Source of the DNA: a virus
Taxonomy: Duplodnaviria; Heunggongvirae; Uroviricota; Caudoviricetes
Virus record (IMG/VR): IMGVR_UViG_2609459848_000003
DNA: 28,840 nucleotides
Direction: 5' to 3' (one strand)
This document shows, piece after piece, positions 9,979-17,973 of this stretch. The notes below the pieces were generated by a model. That model worked only from the letters and a program-made list of their open reading frames with translations, had not been told where the DNA came from and did no database searches. Made by a program: the position numbers and the translations under genes. How positions within the stretch are numbered: the stretch's first letter is position 1; each line of letters opens with the position of its first letter.

Positions 9979-9988
9979 ATCAGCCCCC

Positions 9989-10579
<591 letters not shown>

Positions 10580-10635
10580 TTAACAGATTCTACGAGTTGT
10601 CATTTGTGACAGTATGCTCGCAATCGTAGTGATTA

Positions 10636-11175
10636 CTACCACCAACTGCTAGCTTTCTTCTCTCTAGCTTTTCCTTCGCTTTGCAGTAAATCTTTACTTC
10701 CTGTAGAAATATTTCTATTTGCATCAGCCTCAGACTGAATTACATCTGTCTTAGCTGCTCTCTCCTTCAACTCCTGCTCTATAAAATCGTTTTCTCGCTG
10801 GACACGAGCCGCTTTTGCTTGCAGTTCGAGTTTCATGCTTTCGAGTTGCAGCTTGCGAAGCTCATCCTCATAAGCTTGATCTCGCTTCTTGTCATTTGCT
10901 AGCTCGGCTTCTCGTTTCGCTCTACGTTCATTTTCTGCAGCAACACGCTGTTTTTCGCGTGCAGCAGCGGCAGATGCTGCTTTTTCTCTTCTAATACGTT
11001 CAGCTTGTGCTTGTTGGCGAATAAGTTCTTTTCTGGCATCCTCAGCTTGCTGCTCTTTAGCTCGCCCTTCATTTTCCGCTTGAGCAATAGCAGCAATTTG
11101 ACTTTGCAACGAGTTAGCCAAGGCAGTGCCTACACTAAACGTAGAAAAGATTAGAAATAAAATAATTTTATTCAT
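10636..11175 (-). CDS. Secreted charged coiled-coil protein (179 aa)
   Basis: N-terminal signal peptide MNKIILFLIFSTFSVGTALA, then a long E/R/K/A/Q-rich predicted helix (TolA domain II-like composition). Stop-to-start distance from the lipoprotein gene is 3 bp. Confidence 0.6.
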   Translation of the reverse strand: MNKIILFLIFSTFSVGTALANSLQSQIAAIAQAENEGRAKEQQAEDARKELIRQQAQAERIRREKAASAAAAREKQRVAAENERRAKREAELANDKKRDQAYEDELRKLQLESMKLELQAKAARVQRENDFIEQELKERAAKTDVIQSEADANRNISTGSKDLLQSEGKAREKKASSWW

Positions 11176-11178
11176 AAA

Positions 11179-11700
11179 TTATTTCTTTTCTGGACAAGTA
11201 GCATTTGGCTGAATTCGAGTTTCATTATCTTTAGTTGAAATAAGCACAGCAAGCCCCGTTGTAAACTGGCATGCTTTACCAACTTGAGTTGAAGTGAACA
11301 CCTTAGTTCCTTCTTTATAAGTCAGTGAAACACCTTCAACAATTGTTTTATCACTAACCAAAGAACCAGCCGCTGCACCAAGAGCCGCACCACCAGTACC
11401 GCCAGCTACAGCACCCAGTGTCGATGTGCCTTTAACATTATAACCGGCAACGCCCCCAGCAACAGCTCCCAGTACCGCACCAAATGTCTGTGCCGCTTCT
11501 TTATTAGCTTTATTATCAACTTTCACTTTAGCTGGAAGCACAGAGATAATATTGACTGTCTTTGTTTCCTGCTTCGAATTCAATTGAGCGGTATCATAAA
11601 CATCGGCAGCATAATCAGCACCGCTAGATTGACACCCAGAAAGAAGAATTGCAGATACAACAAGAGCGCATAAAGTATACTTTTTAGACATAAGAATCAT
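11179..11700 (-). CDS. SlyB/Pcp-family outer-membrane lipoprotein with glycine zipper (173 aa)
   Basis: Lipobox LLSGC after a hydrophobic signal; ADVYDTAQL motif and glycine zipper GAVLGAVAGGVAGYNVKGTSTLGAVAGGTGGAALGAAAG resemble E. coli SlyB as I recall it; downstream GVSLTYKEGTKVF resembles the SlyB beta region. Confidence 0.65.
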   Translation of the reverse strand: MILMSKKYTLCALVVSAILLSGCQSSGADYAADVYDTAQLNSKQETKTVNIISVLPAKVKVDNKANKEAAQTFGAVLGAVAGGVAGYNVKGTSTLGAVAGGTGGAALGAAAGSLVSDKTIVEGVSLTYKEGTKVFTSTQVGKACQFTTGLAVLISTKDNETRIQPNATCPEKK

Positions 11701-11981
11701 CCCAGAAAAACAAAAACCGGCGAGAAGTTACCACGAGAACGGAAAGTAAACAAGAATACTCCCATTGACTTATATCAATTAATCAACTTTTTATAAGCTA
11801 TCCCTAACTTATTGTGTATAGCTGAAAAGTCAGAGACAAGTTCACCATCTGCATTATTTCTTAAGTTAATAGTTTATTGCTAACTTAATTTATGCATCGA
11901 CTATTGATATCCATCTTAAAGTTACAATATCCCTCTGCATTATTTTTCATCACAAATAATATATCTATTGCACGACACTAA

Positions 11982-11998
11982 TCTGCTCTAATAAATTT
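11982..11998. promoter_or_regulatory. C1 repressor operator-like site (Op51-like)
   Basis: TCTGCTCTAATAAATTT matches the remembered P1 C1 operator consensus ATTGCTCTAATAAATTT at 15 of 17 positions; lies in the AT-rich divergent promoter region upstream of c4-icd-ant. Confidence 0.55.
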
Positions 11999-12189
11999 GT
12001 ATTTTTAAGTCGCGAATGCTATCTTTTCGCATCATATTGACCTTTTAATCGTTCAGGCTTATAGTTTCGCCGTCGTAGCAAATTCTGCGACCGGGTTTAG
12101 CAGCCTGAATGATTGTGCGGACAGCCGCAGATATCCGATATTGCGGTATTTTTGTGTCCGTAAAACCGCGTTACGCCCAAATTATGGTG

Positions 12190-12265
12190 GGGCGTGATGG
12201 GGAGGCTTCGGCCTGCTGGTTTCACAATCGCCAGTCTGCTAACCCCGTCACGTCCTGCCACCTGT
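12190..12265 (+). ncRNA. c4: c4-like antisense repressor RNA (structured, tRNA-like)
   Basis: Nested hairpins: GAUGGGG...CCCCGUC outer stem, AGGC-UUCG-GCCU tetraloop hairpin, CUGG-uuucacaaucg-CCAG hairpin. Loop tcacaatc (12222-12229) is exactly complementary to gattgtga (12295-12302) at the icd ribosome-binding site. Ends are approximate. Confidence 0.45.
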
Positions 12266-12312
12266 TTAGCAGCGGGTAGCAGGTTGTTAAACCTGATTGT
12301 GAGGCCGTAACT

Positions 12313-12534
12313 ATGGTTAATGCCAATCCTTGCGCACGCCAAGAATTCATCTGGCGTTTCTATTCCTGCAAAAAACACCACTATCACTTCGTCATCGCAG
12401 CAACAGAAGACGAAGCACGCTCTCAATTGCCTGATGGCCCCTGCATTTTTACTGCCCGTTTTTCAACTAACTCGCGCAATTCACTTAGTTACTGGAACCT
12501 CCCCTTCTCTGCCGACGTTCAGGGGGGTTTATGA
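12313..12534 (+). CDS. icd: Icd-like small protein (73 aa) translationally coupled to ant
   Basis: ATG at 12313 with SD GAGG 8 nt upstream; stop overlaps the ant1 ATG (ATGA at 12531-12534); the 73-codon length matches P1 icd as I recall it. Confidence 0.5.
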   Translation: MVNANPCARQEFIWRFYSCKKHHYHFVIAATEDEARSQLPDGPCIFTARFSTNSRNSLSYWNLPFSADVQGGL

Positions 12535-13565
12535 AAAAACCTCTCGTCACCCGTAATGAAATAGCCGAAGCGATCGCCCTGCATACAACCTGTATGCCGA
12601 CACGGGAGATCCCCGGCGCAATTGCCAACTATTTCATGATAACCAGGCGTTTTTATACCCGAACAGATAAGGCTGTGATCAACAAGCTACTGATAGCCGA
12701 GATCAGGGATTATTTGATTGAACAAGGACGTCTACGTTACGCAACAGTGGCAGCAGAAATAAGAAAGGAGGCACATAGAATGACCGGTAAAAATTTGAAT
12801 ATTGAAAAACCAGCACCTGTTGCTTCAGCTACGCCAGCACCAGCCGTGAATGTCATCCCCAACATCGGAGACACAATCGACAGCCAAACATTGTTGAAGA
12901 TGGTCAATGAGGCACGGAAATTATGTAGCGAAAAACCAGTTCGCAATAATGATTTCATTGCCAGAGTTAAGGATGAACTTGAAGGAGAAACCTACGAAAT
13001 TTTCGTAGGTCAAAAAAACGGCGCAGAAATAGATATTATAACAATGACCTACAAACAAGCCCTGCGAGTTGCCGCGCGCGAGTCAAAAGCGGTCCGCCGT
13101 TCGCTGATCGACAAACTGGAAGAATTGCAGCAGGCAAACTCCCCTACCCCATCGATCCCCCAAACATTACCAGAAGCTCTACGCCTGGCTGCCGAGTTGG
13201 CAGAACAGAAAATGCAGTTGGAACAACAGCTGGTGGCCGCAGCCCCTAAAGTCGATTTTGCCGACCGGGTATCAGCGGCTAATGGAATCCTGATCGGGAA
13301 CTTTGCAAAGGTCGTTGGACTTAAGCAAAACGCCCTTTTCTCATGGTTGCGCCAGAACGGCATTCTCATGGCTTTTGGTGCGCGCAAAAACGTACCGCGC
13401 CAGCAGTACATTAACGCCGGGTATTTCACGGTGAAAGAAGTGGTGCTGGATGATGAAAATGGCTACCAGATACGGCTGACGCCCCAATTAACGGGTAAAG
13501 GCCAGCAGTGGTTAACTCGCAAGCTACTTGATGCTGGTTTGTTAAAACCAGTAGCAATAGGTTAA
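12531..13565 (+). CDS. ant1: Antirepressor Ant1 (344 aa) with C-terminal ANT/KilA-C domain
   Basis: C-terminal LPEALRLAAELAEQK...GKGQQWLTRKLLDAG is a phage antirepressor (ANT) domain; placement downstream of the c4-like RNA and icd. Confidence 0.7.
   Translation: MKKPLVTRNEIAEAIALHTTCMPTREIPGAIANYFMITRRFYTRTDKAVINKLLIAEIRDYLIEQGRLRYATVAAEIRKEAHRMTGKNLNIEKPAPVASATPAPAVNVIPNIGDTIDSQTLLKMVNEARKLCSEKPVRNNDFIARVKDELEGETYEIFVGQKNGAEIDIITMTYKQALRVAARESKAVRRSLIDKLEELQQANSPTPSIPQTLPEALRLAAELAEQKMQLEQQLVAAAPKVDFADRVSAANGILIGNFAKVVGLKQNALFSWLRQNGILMAFGARKNVPRQQYINAGYFTVKEVVLDDENGYQIRLTPQLTGKGQQWLTRKLLDAGLLKPVAIG
12780..13565 (+). CDS. ant2: Antirepressor Ant2, in-frame internal start (262 aa)
   Basis: ATG at 12780 (codon 84 of ant1) preceded by a strong SD AAGGAGG at 8-nt spacing. 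Confidence 0.45.
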   Translation: MTGKNLNIEKPAPVASATPAPAVNVIPNIGDTIDSQTLLKMVNEARKLCSEKPVRNNDFIARVKDELEGETYEIFVGQKNGAEIDIITMTYKQALRVAARESKAVRRSLIDKLEELQQANSPTPSIPQTLPEALRLAAELAEQKMQLEQQLVAAAPKVDFADRVSAANGILIGNFAKVVGLKQNALFSWLRQNGILMAFGARKNVPRQQYINAGYFTVKEVVLDDENGYQIRLTPQLTGKGQQWLTRKLLDAGLLKPVAIG

Positions 13566-13576
13566 CAAAAGAAAAA

Positions 13577-13601
13577 ACCTGCCAGCAAACTGGCAGGTTT
13601 C
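13577..13601 (+). terminator. Rho-independent terminator after ant
   Basis: Perfect 9-bp stem ACCTGCCAG-caaa-CTGGCAGGT followed by TTTCT. Confidence 0.6.
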
Positions 13602-13642
13602 TGAGCAGATCGACCAACCCGATCTGGATCGAGTCAGAAAAA

Positions 13643-13659
13643 TTTGCTCTAATAAATTT
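13643..13659. promoter_or_regulatory. C1 repressor operator-like site upstream of kilA (Op53-like)
   Basis: TTTGCTCTAATAAATTT matches the remembered consensus at 16 of 17 positions, about 70 bp upstream of the kilA ATG. Confidence 0.6.
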
Positions 13660-13728
13660 CGTTTTCTAAGTGCAAAGAATCACCATTTCGAGCTGGTGAT
13701 TGAAGGTTGATGCAAATTTGGAGAAAAA

Positions 13729-14529
13729 ATGCAACAAACATTCAATGCGGATATGAATATATCAAACCTTCATCAAAATGTCGATCCTTCAACCACTCTG
13801 CCTGTTATTTGTGGTGTTGAAATTACGACCGACCGCGCTGGCCGTTACAACCTTAATGCTCTACACAGAGCGAGCGGACTCGGTGCCCATAAAGCGCCAG
13901 CTCAATGGCTAAGAACGCTGTCAGCCAAACAGCTCATCGAAGAGCTTGAAAAAGAAACTATGCAGAATTGCATAGTTTCGTTCGAAGGCCGTGGCGGCGG
14001 CACTTTTGCCCATGAATTGCTCGCTGTGGAGTACGCAGGCTGGATTTCTCCCGCGTTTCGGCTGAAGGTAAACCAGACATTTATCGACTATCGAGCTGGA
14101 AGATTACAACCTGCTATTCCGCAGAGTCTCCCTGAAGCTCTCCGTTTGGCTGCCGACCTGGCAGAGCAAAAGCAACGGCTGGAGCAAAAAATGCTTATGG
14201 ATGCACCTAAAGTCGAATTCGCCGAACGCGTTGCTACCGCCAGCGGGGTTCTAATCGGCAACTATGCCAAAGTGCTCGGCCTGGGCCAAAACTATCTCTT
14301 CACCTGGTTGCGTGATAACGGAATTCTGATCGCAACCGGTGAACGCAGGAACGTCCCCAAACAAGAATACATATCCCGTGGGTATTTCACCCTTAAAGAA
14401 ACCGTGATCGATACAAGCAATGGAAGCAGGATTTCTTTCACGACTCGTATAACCGGCAAAGGTCAGCAGTGGCTTATGAAGCGATTGCTTGATGCTGGTG
14501 TGCTGGTGCCTGTCGCGGCGACGCGCTAA
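13729..14529 (+). CDS. kilA: KilA (KilA-N domain plus ANT/KilA-C domain), 266 aa
   Basis: SD GGAGAAAAA before the ATG; C-terminal LPEALRLAADLAEQK...GKGQQWLMKRLLDAG paralogous to the Ant C-terminus; 266 aa followed by repL, as in the P1 lytic replicon. Confidence 0.75.
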   Translation: MQQTFNADMNISNLHQNVDPSTTLPVICGVEITTDRAGRYNLNALHRASGLGAHKAPAQWLRTLSAKQLIEELEKETMQNCIVSFEGRGGGTFAHELLAVEYAGWISPAFRLKVNQTFIDYRAGRLQPAIPQSLPEALRLAADLAEQKQRLEQKMLMDAPKVEFAERVATASGVLIGNYAKVLGLGQNYLFTWLRDNGILIATGERRNVPKQEYISRGYFTLKETVIDTSNGSRISFTTRITGKGQQWLMKRLLDAGVLVPVAATR

Positions 14530-14558
14530 CAGAAGTAGTAAGAACCACCAGCATTGTA

Positions 14559-15404
14559 ATGCTGGCTAAAGTCACTTTCCTGAGCTGTATAACGATGAGC
14601 GATTTTACTTTTTCTGGCTATGAATTGGCCTGCTTTGTAACACACTCCGGTCTATCCCGTAGCGCCGGGCATATCCTGTCGCAATGTGCAAATCTCGCGG
14701 CAACAACCAGTGAATATTTCATTCACAAGCCTCACCGCCTGATCGCGGCAGAAACTGGTTATAGCCAATCAACCGTCGTTCGTGCATTCCGTGAAGCTGT
14801 AAACAAAGGAATCCTGTCTGTAGAGATTGTTATCGGCGATCACCGTGAACGCCGCGCTAACCTGTACCGGTTTACACCATCCTTTTTGGCCTTCGCACAA
14901 CAAGCTAAAAACGCGCTGACTGAAAGCAAATTAAAGATCTCTTCAGCCGCAACCAAGGTTAAAGCTGTTCTCGCTAAGACATTGGCTTTATTTGATTTTT
15001 TAACCACAGCCCCATATCAAAATGATACCCCCTCCCCCTGTCAGGATGACGTGGCAATAAAGAATAAGAAGTCACAAGTTAAAAAAACAAAAAGATCAGT
15101 TTCCGGCGGTGCCGGAACGACCAGACTCAAAAAATTGACTTCATGGATCGCTGAGGCAAAAGCAAAGGCTGACAATCTGCGGTTATCCAAAAAACGCACT
15201 CAAAAACATGAGTTCAAGCAGAAAGTAGAGGCGGCTGCGCGGAAATATGCTTACCTGAAGAACAAGCGTTCGCCTGATATTGGCGGGATATCAAACTTCG
15301 ATAACCTACCGCATTGCATGACGGTAAACGAAGCTCTTAATGCGGTTTTAGCCAAAAATAAAGATAACGAACAATGGGGTATACCGGCGGGATTCAGAGG
15401 GTGA
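14559..15404 (+). CDS. repL: Lytic replication initiator RepL (281 aa)
   Basis: Position directly after kilA and the 281-aa length match P1 RepL as I recall it; the lytic origin is expected inside this gene. Confidence 0.7.
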   Translation: MLAKVTFLSCITMSDFTFSGYELACFVTHSGLSRSAGHILSQCANLAATTSEYFIHKPHRLIAAETGYSQSTVVRAFREAVNKGILSVEIVIGDHRERRANLYRFTPSFLAFAQQAKNALTESKLKISSAATKVKAVLAKTLALFDFLTTAPYQNDTPSPCQDDVAIKNKKSQVKKTKRSVSGGAGTTRLKKLTSWIAEAKAKADNLRLSKKRTQKHEFKQKVEAAARKYAYLKNKRSPDIGGISNFDNLPHCMTVNEALNAVLAKNKDNEQWGIPAGFRG

Positions 15405-15639
15405 TAGATTGCTCTAATCTGGAGTCACCTGGCGTTTTCAGTATGGATTTTCTTTGGCGCGGTCTGGCCATTAGGGATCATGTTTGCTGCAACATTTCTT
15501 CTGATGTGGATATTCACCCTTCCCGGTGATTTCTATAGAAAAAAAGCCAGACATTGATACAATCGTTGCGGGTGCTTGAGGCTATCTGCTTCAGGCATTA
15601 CCCGAAAAGCAGATAGAAGAAAGCCCCAGATAACATTAA

Positions 15640-15720
15640 GCGTCCTGCAAGACGCTTAACATTAATCTGAGGCAATATCTATGCTTAGCATACGTAGATT
15701 AGCCTCTTACCGACCAAAAG
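15640..15720 (-). ncRNA. sok: Sok-like antisense RNA (approximate position)
   Basis: Inferred from the hok/mok architecture; the leader GGGTGCTTGAGGCT...AGCCTCTTACCG...CAAGGAGAAG resembles the R1 hok mRNA leader from memory. Exact ends not determined. Confidence 0.3.
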
Positions 15721-15887
15721 GTCAAGGAGAAGCAGGCTATGAAGCAGCAAAAAGCGATGTTAATCGCTCTGATCGTCATCTGTTTAACCGTCATTGCGAC
15801 GGCACTGGTAACGAGGAAAGACCTCTGCGAGGTACGAATCCGAACCAGCCAGACGGAGGTCGCTGTCTTCACAGCCTACGAATCTGA
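15681..15887 (+). CDS. mok: Mok (modulator of killing) reading frame overlapping hok
   Basis: 68-aa ORF starting 58 nt upstream of hok and overlapping it in another frame, as in the hok/mok/sok arrangement. Confidence 0.55.
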   Translation: MLSIRRLASYRPKGQGEAGYEAAKSDVNRSDRHLFNRHCDGTGNEERPLRGTNPNQPDGGRCLHSLRI

Positions 15888-15894
15888 AAGGTAA
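15739..15894 (+). CDS. hok: Hok/Gef-family type I toxin (51 aa)
   Basis: Hand translation MKQQKAMLIALIVICLTVIATALVTRKDLCEVRIRTSQTEVAVFTAYESER; SD AAGGAG 9 nt upstream. Close to Gef/HokC and Hok of plasmid R1 ([28 protein letters not shown]). Below the 60-aa cutoff of the ORF track. Confidence 0.85.
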   Translation: MKQQKAMLIALIVICLTVIATALVTRKDLCEVRIRTSQTEVAVFTAYESER

Positions 15895-15971
15895 GAGACC
15901 TGGCGTGGAGAGATCCCCGCCACTCTTCGTGTGTCAGGTATCCTCAATGCACCCTTTCCTCTCCAAATAAA

Positions 15972-15991
15972 AAAGCTCCCGAAGGAGCTTT
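15972..15991 (-). terminator. Bidirectional rho-independent terminator between hok and the leftward late operon
   Basis: Stem AAAGCTCC-cgaa-GGAGCTTT; on the minus strand it is followed by TTTTTTATTT. Confidence 0.6.
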
Positions 15992-16010
15992 AAAATACAA
16001 GGGATGACTC

Positions 16011-16520
16011 TTAATCCCAATCAATCCAGTTGTAGACGATACGAAGTGACGGGCGCACAGCGGCAGTCACATCTTCGGTACTAAAGTCGATTGCATCACT
16101 GTAGATTTTGCAGTCCAACATTTCAATTGTTGTAGCAGCTTTTGTCACAGCGTTAACCCCGGAAGATTTGGATTCAGGGGTAGCAGCCATCGTGATATCA
16201 ACATAGTCCTTCGCCGCAATGCGATCCTTGATGAACTGAAGAATATCGCCTTCGATAGTCTCCACGCACTGGACCTGGATTTCCCCAGAGTTTCGAATTG
16301 GTCCGTGCTGGTTGAACTTCACACCATTCGGACCATAGTCCTCCACATCCTCGCGGGTCATTTCAGGAATTTGCGACGTGCGAACCAGTACGCTGATATC
16401 TTCATGGCCTGCAAAAGTGAGCTGGAATTCAGAAGATACCAGTCGTTCGCCTTTGGCCGCGTTGGCAGTATAGCGGCCCTTAATAAATTTACGGTTTCCC
16501 TTAGTGTTATTGTGCCCCAT
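16011..16520 (-). CDS. Phage late structural protein (169 aa), possibly tail tube-like
   Basis: Last gene of the leftward late operon, followed by a terminator; no motif recognised. Confidence 0.35.
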   Translation of the reverse strand: MGHNNTKGNRKFIKGRYTANAAKGERLVSSEFQLTFAGHEDISVLVRTSQIPEMTREDVEDYGPNGVKFNQHGPIRNSGEIQVQCVETIEGDILQFIKDRIAAKDYVDITMAATPESKSSGVNAVTKAATTIEMLDCKIYSDAIDFSTEDVTAAVRPSLRIVYNWIDWD

Positions 16521-16531
16521 ATAAAATCCTT

Positions 16532-17113
16532 TTACTGGAACGCCCGAACAATATCGGAGCTGTTATATATCGAAGAACCGGTCAACTGGAGGTTGACGGT
16601 GTTTTTCAGGAAATGCCCATTGCTGTCCCTGGGCGCATCGAGATCGAAACTTATGTCCTGGATAGCGACATCAATGATGTTGATCCGGCGACCAATGTTT
16701 AGCGTCACACGCTCCGGGATTCGACCACCAATACTGGCATCTTTAAGTTCCGGGCTAATCATCGCTGACAATGCGGCGATAGCTCCTGAAACCTCCGTGA
16801 ATGGGTCAAACAAAGCGATGAAAGTTACTGGCAGCGTGAAAGTCGGCGGTGTTCCCCCTTCCCAAACCATTAAGCTGTTCCAACGGGCAACCGACGTTGT
16901 TTCAGTACCAACCTGCGCAAAACCACTGAAGGCACCAGCAACAGATCCCATGGACATACCGGTAAACGGCGCTTCCCAATTCTGGGCCATGTTCATTGCC
17001 GCTCCCTGGCTGATATATCCGGTAACCTGGTACTGAGAGTTCGTTAAAGTAACTTTCAGATATGGCGATACACCGTCAGCCTGGCTGTAAACCCCATAAG
17101 GTATAGGTGCCAT
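16532..17113 (-). CDS. Phage late structural protein (193 aa)
   Basis: ATG-start ORF in the operon with the sheath and capsid genes. Confidence 0.35.
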   Translation of the reverse strand: MAPIPYGVYSQADGVSPYLKVTLTNSQYQVTGYISQGAAMNMAQNWEAPFTGMSMGSVAGAFSGFAQVGTETTSVARWNSLMVWEGGTPPTFTLPVTFIALFDPFTEVSGAIAALSAMISPELKDASIGGRIPERVTLNIGRRINIIDVAIQDISFDLDAPRDSNGHFLKNTVNLQLTGSSIYNSSDIVRAFQ

Positions 17114-17148
17114 TCAAGTTAAAGGCCGGAGTTCTCCGGCCTCCTCCT

Positions 17149-17964
17149 TTAGCCGAGGCGCTTACGGCGCAGTTTCATTGACTTTTTGCGGGCCAGTTTT
17201 GCCGCGCCGGTCTGGGCTTTACGACGCGCTTTTTTCAGCGCCGATTTTTGAGCCGCAGTCAGACGTTTTTTACGCAGGCGTTTACGGATGAGTTTGATCT
17301 CACCGTTACGAACAACCTTCTTAAATGCTTCAGTCAGCATTTCATCAGAAGTGCCAGCAACAACAAACGCCGCTTCCAGTTCGTCACGGTCGTCGCTATC
17401 TAAACCAGCGATAGAGGCACCAACATCAGCGGCTGCGTCGTCGTCTTCATCGTCAGCCAGTGCTTCGATCAGGTCATCATCTACACCGCATGCTGCGAGG
17501 AAGTCAGCAACATTTGCCCATGCTTCGTTATAGGCATCGTCCTGTTCTTCTGTAACTTCGGAGTCGTCGTCATCAGAGATACCAGCGATAGCCTGAACGA
17601 AACCATCAAGGGAGTCGAAAGTCAGATCACCGCTATCAGCCCAGGCGAAAACGGCGTCGGCCGCATCACTCAACGCATTCTGCATAGCACTTCGATTTGC
17701 AGCTTCCAGAATCATCTGGTGCGCCTGTTCGACGGTCCATTCTTTACCGTCTTTCCCTTCCAGGATTTGCTCAGGAGCCGGGGCAGATGGAACGTTATCG
17801 TTAGTCTGTGCCGCCGGTTCCGGATTATTATTAATAACCGGATCTGTTGGCGGTTCGGCGCTTGCTCGGGCAGACTCCATCAGCTGCACAGGATCAGAGT
17901 TCAAAGCGAAACGGGACAGTCCATTCCCCAAAAATGCCCCGGATTGAAAAAAGTTTTTGCTCAT
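17149..17964 (-). CDS. Acidic protein with polybasic C-terminal tail (271 aa)
   Basis: D/E-rich core (DDDDSEVTEEQDD...ADDEDDDAAAD...DSDDRDELE) and a K/R-rich C-terminus (IRKRLRKKRLTAAQKSALKKARRKAQ...KLRRKRLG). Confidence 0.45.
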   Translation of the reverse strand: MSKNFFQSGAFLGNGLSRFALNSDPVQLMESARASAEPPTDPVINNNPEPAAQTNDNVPSAPAPEQILEGKDGKEWTVEQAHQMILEAANRSAMQNALSDAADAVFAWADSGDLTFDSLDGFVQAIAGISDDDDSEVTEEQDDAYNEAWANVADFLAACGVDDDLIEALADDEDDDAAADVGASIAGLDSDDRDELEAAFVVAGTSDEMLTEAFKKVVRNGEIKLIRKRLRKKRLTAAQKSALKKARRKAQTGAAKLARKKSMKLRRKRLG

Positions 17965-17973
17965 TGTATTCCC

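Noticed and set aside
12190-12265. Possible tRNA gene
   Set aside because: The fold is tRNA-like (acceptor-like stem plus hairpins) but lacks a canonical cloverleaf with anticodon arm and conserved T-loop; interpreted as the c4-type antisense RNA.
12097-12426. Minus-strand 109-aa ORF
   Set aside because: It is antisense to the structured c4-like RNA and the icd start, has a Cys-rich odd composition and no SD. The plus-strand c4-icd-ant arrangement explains the region better.
16305-17036. Plus-strand 243-aa ORF
   Set aside because: It is antisense to two contiguous minus-strand late genes with ATG starts that belong to the capsid/sheath operon.
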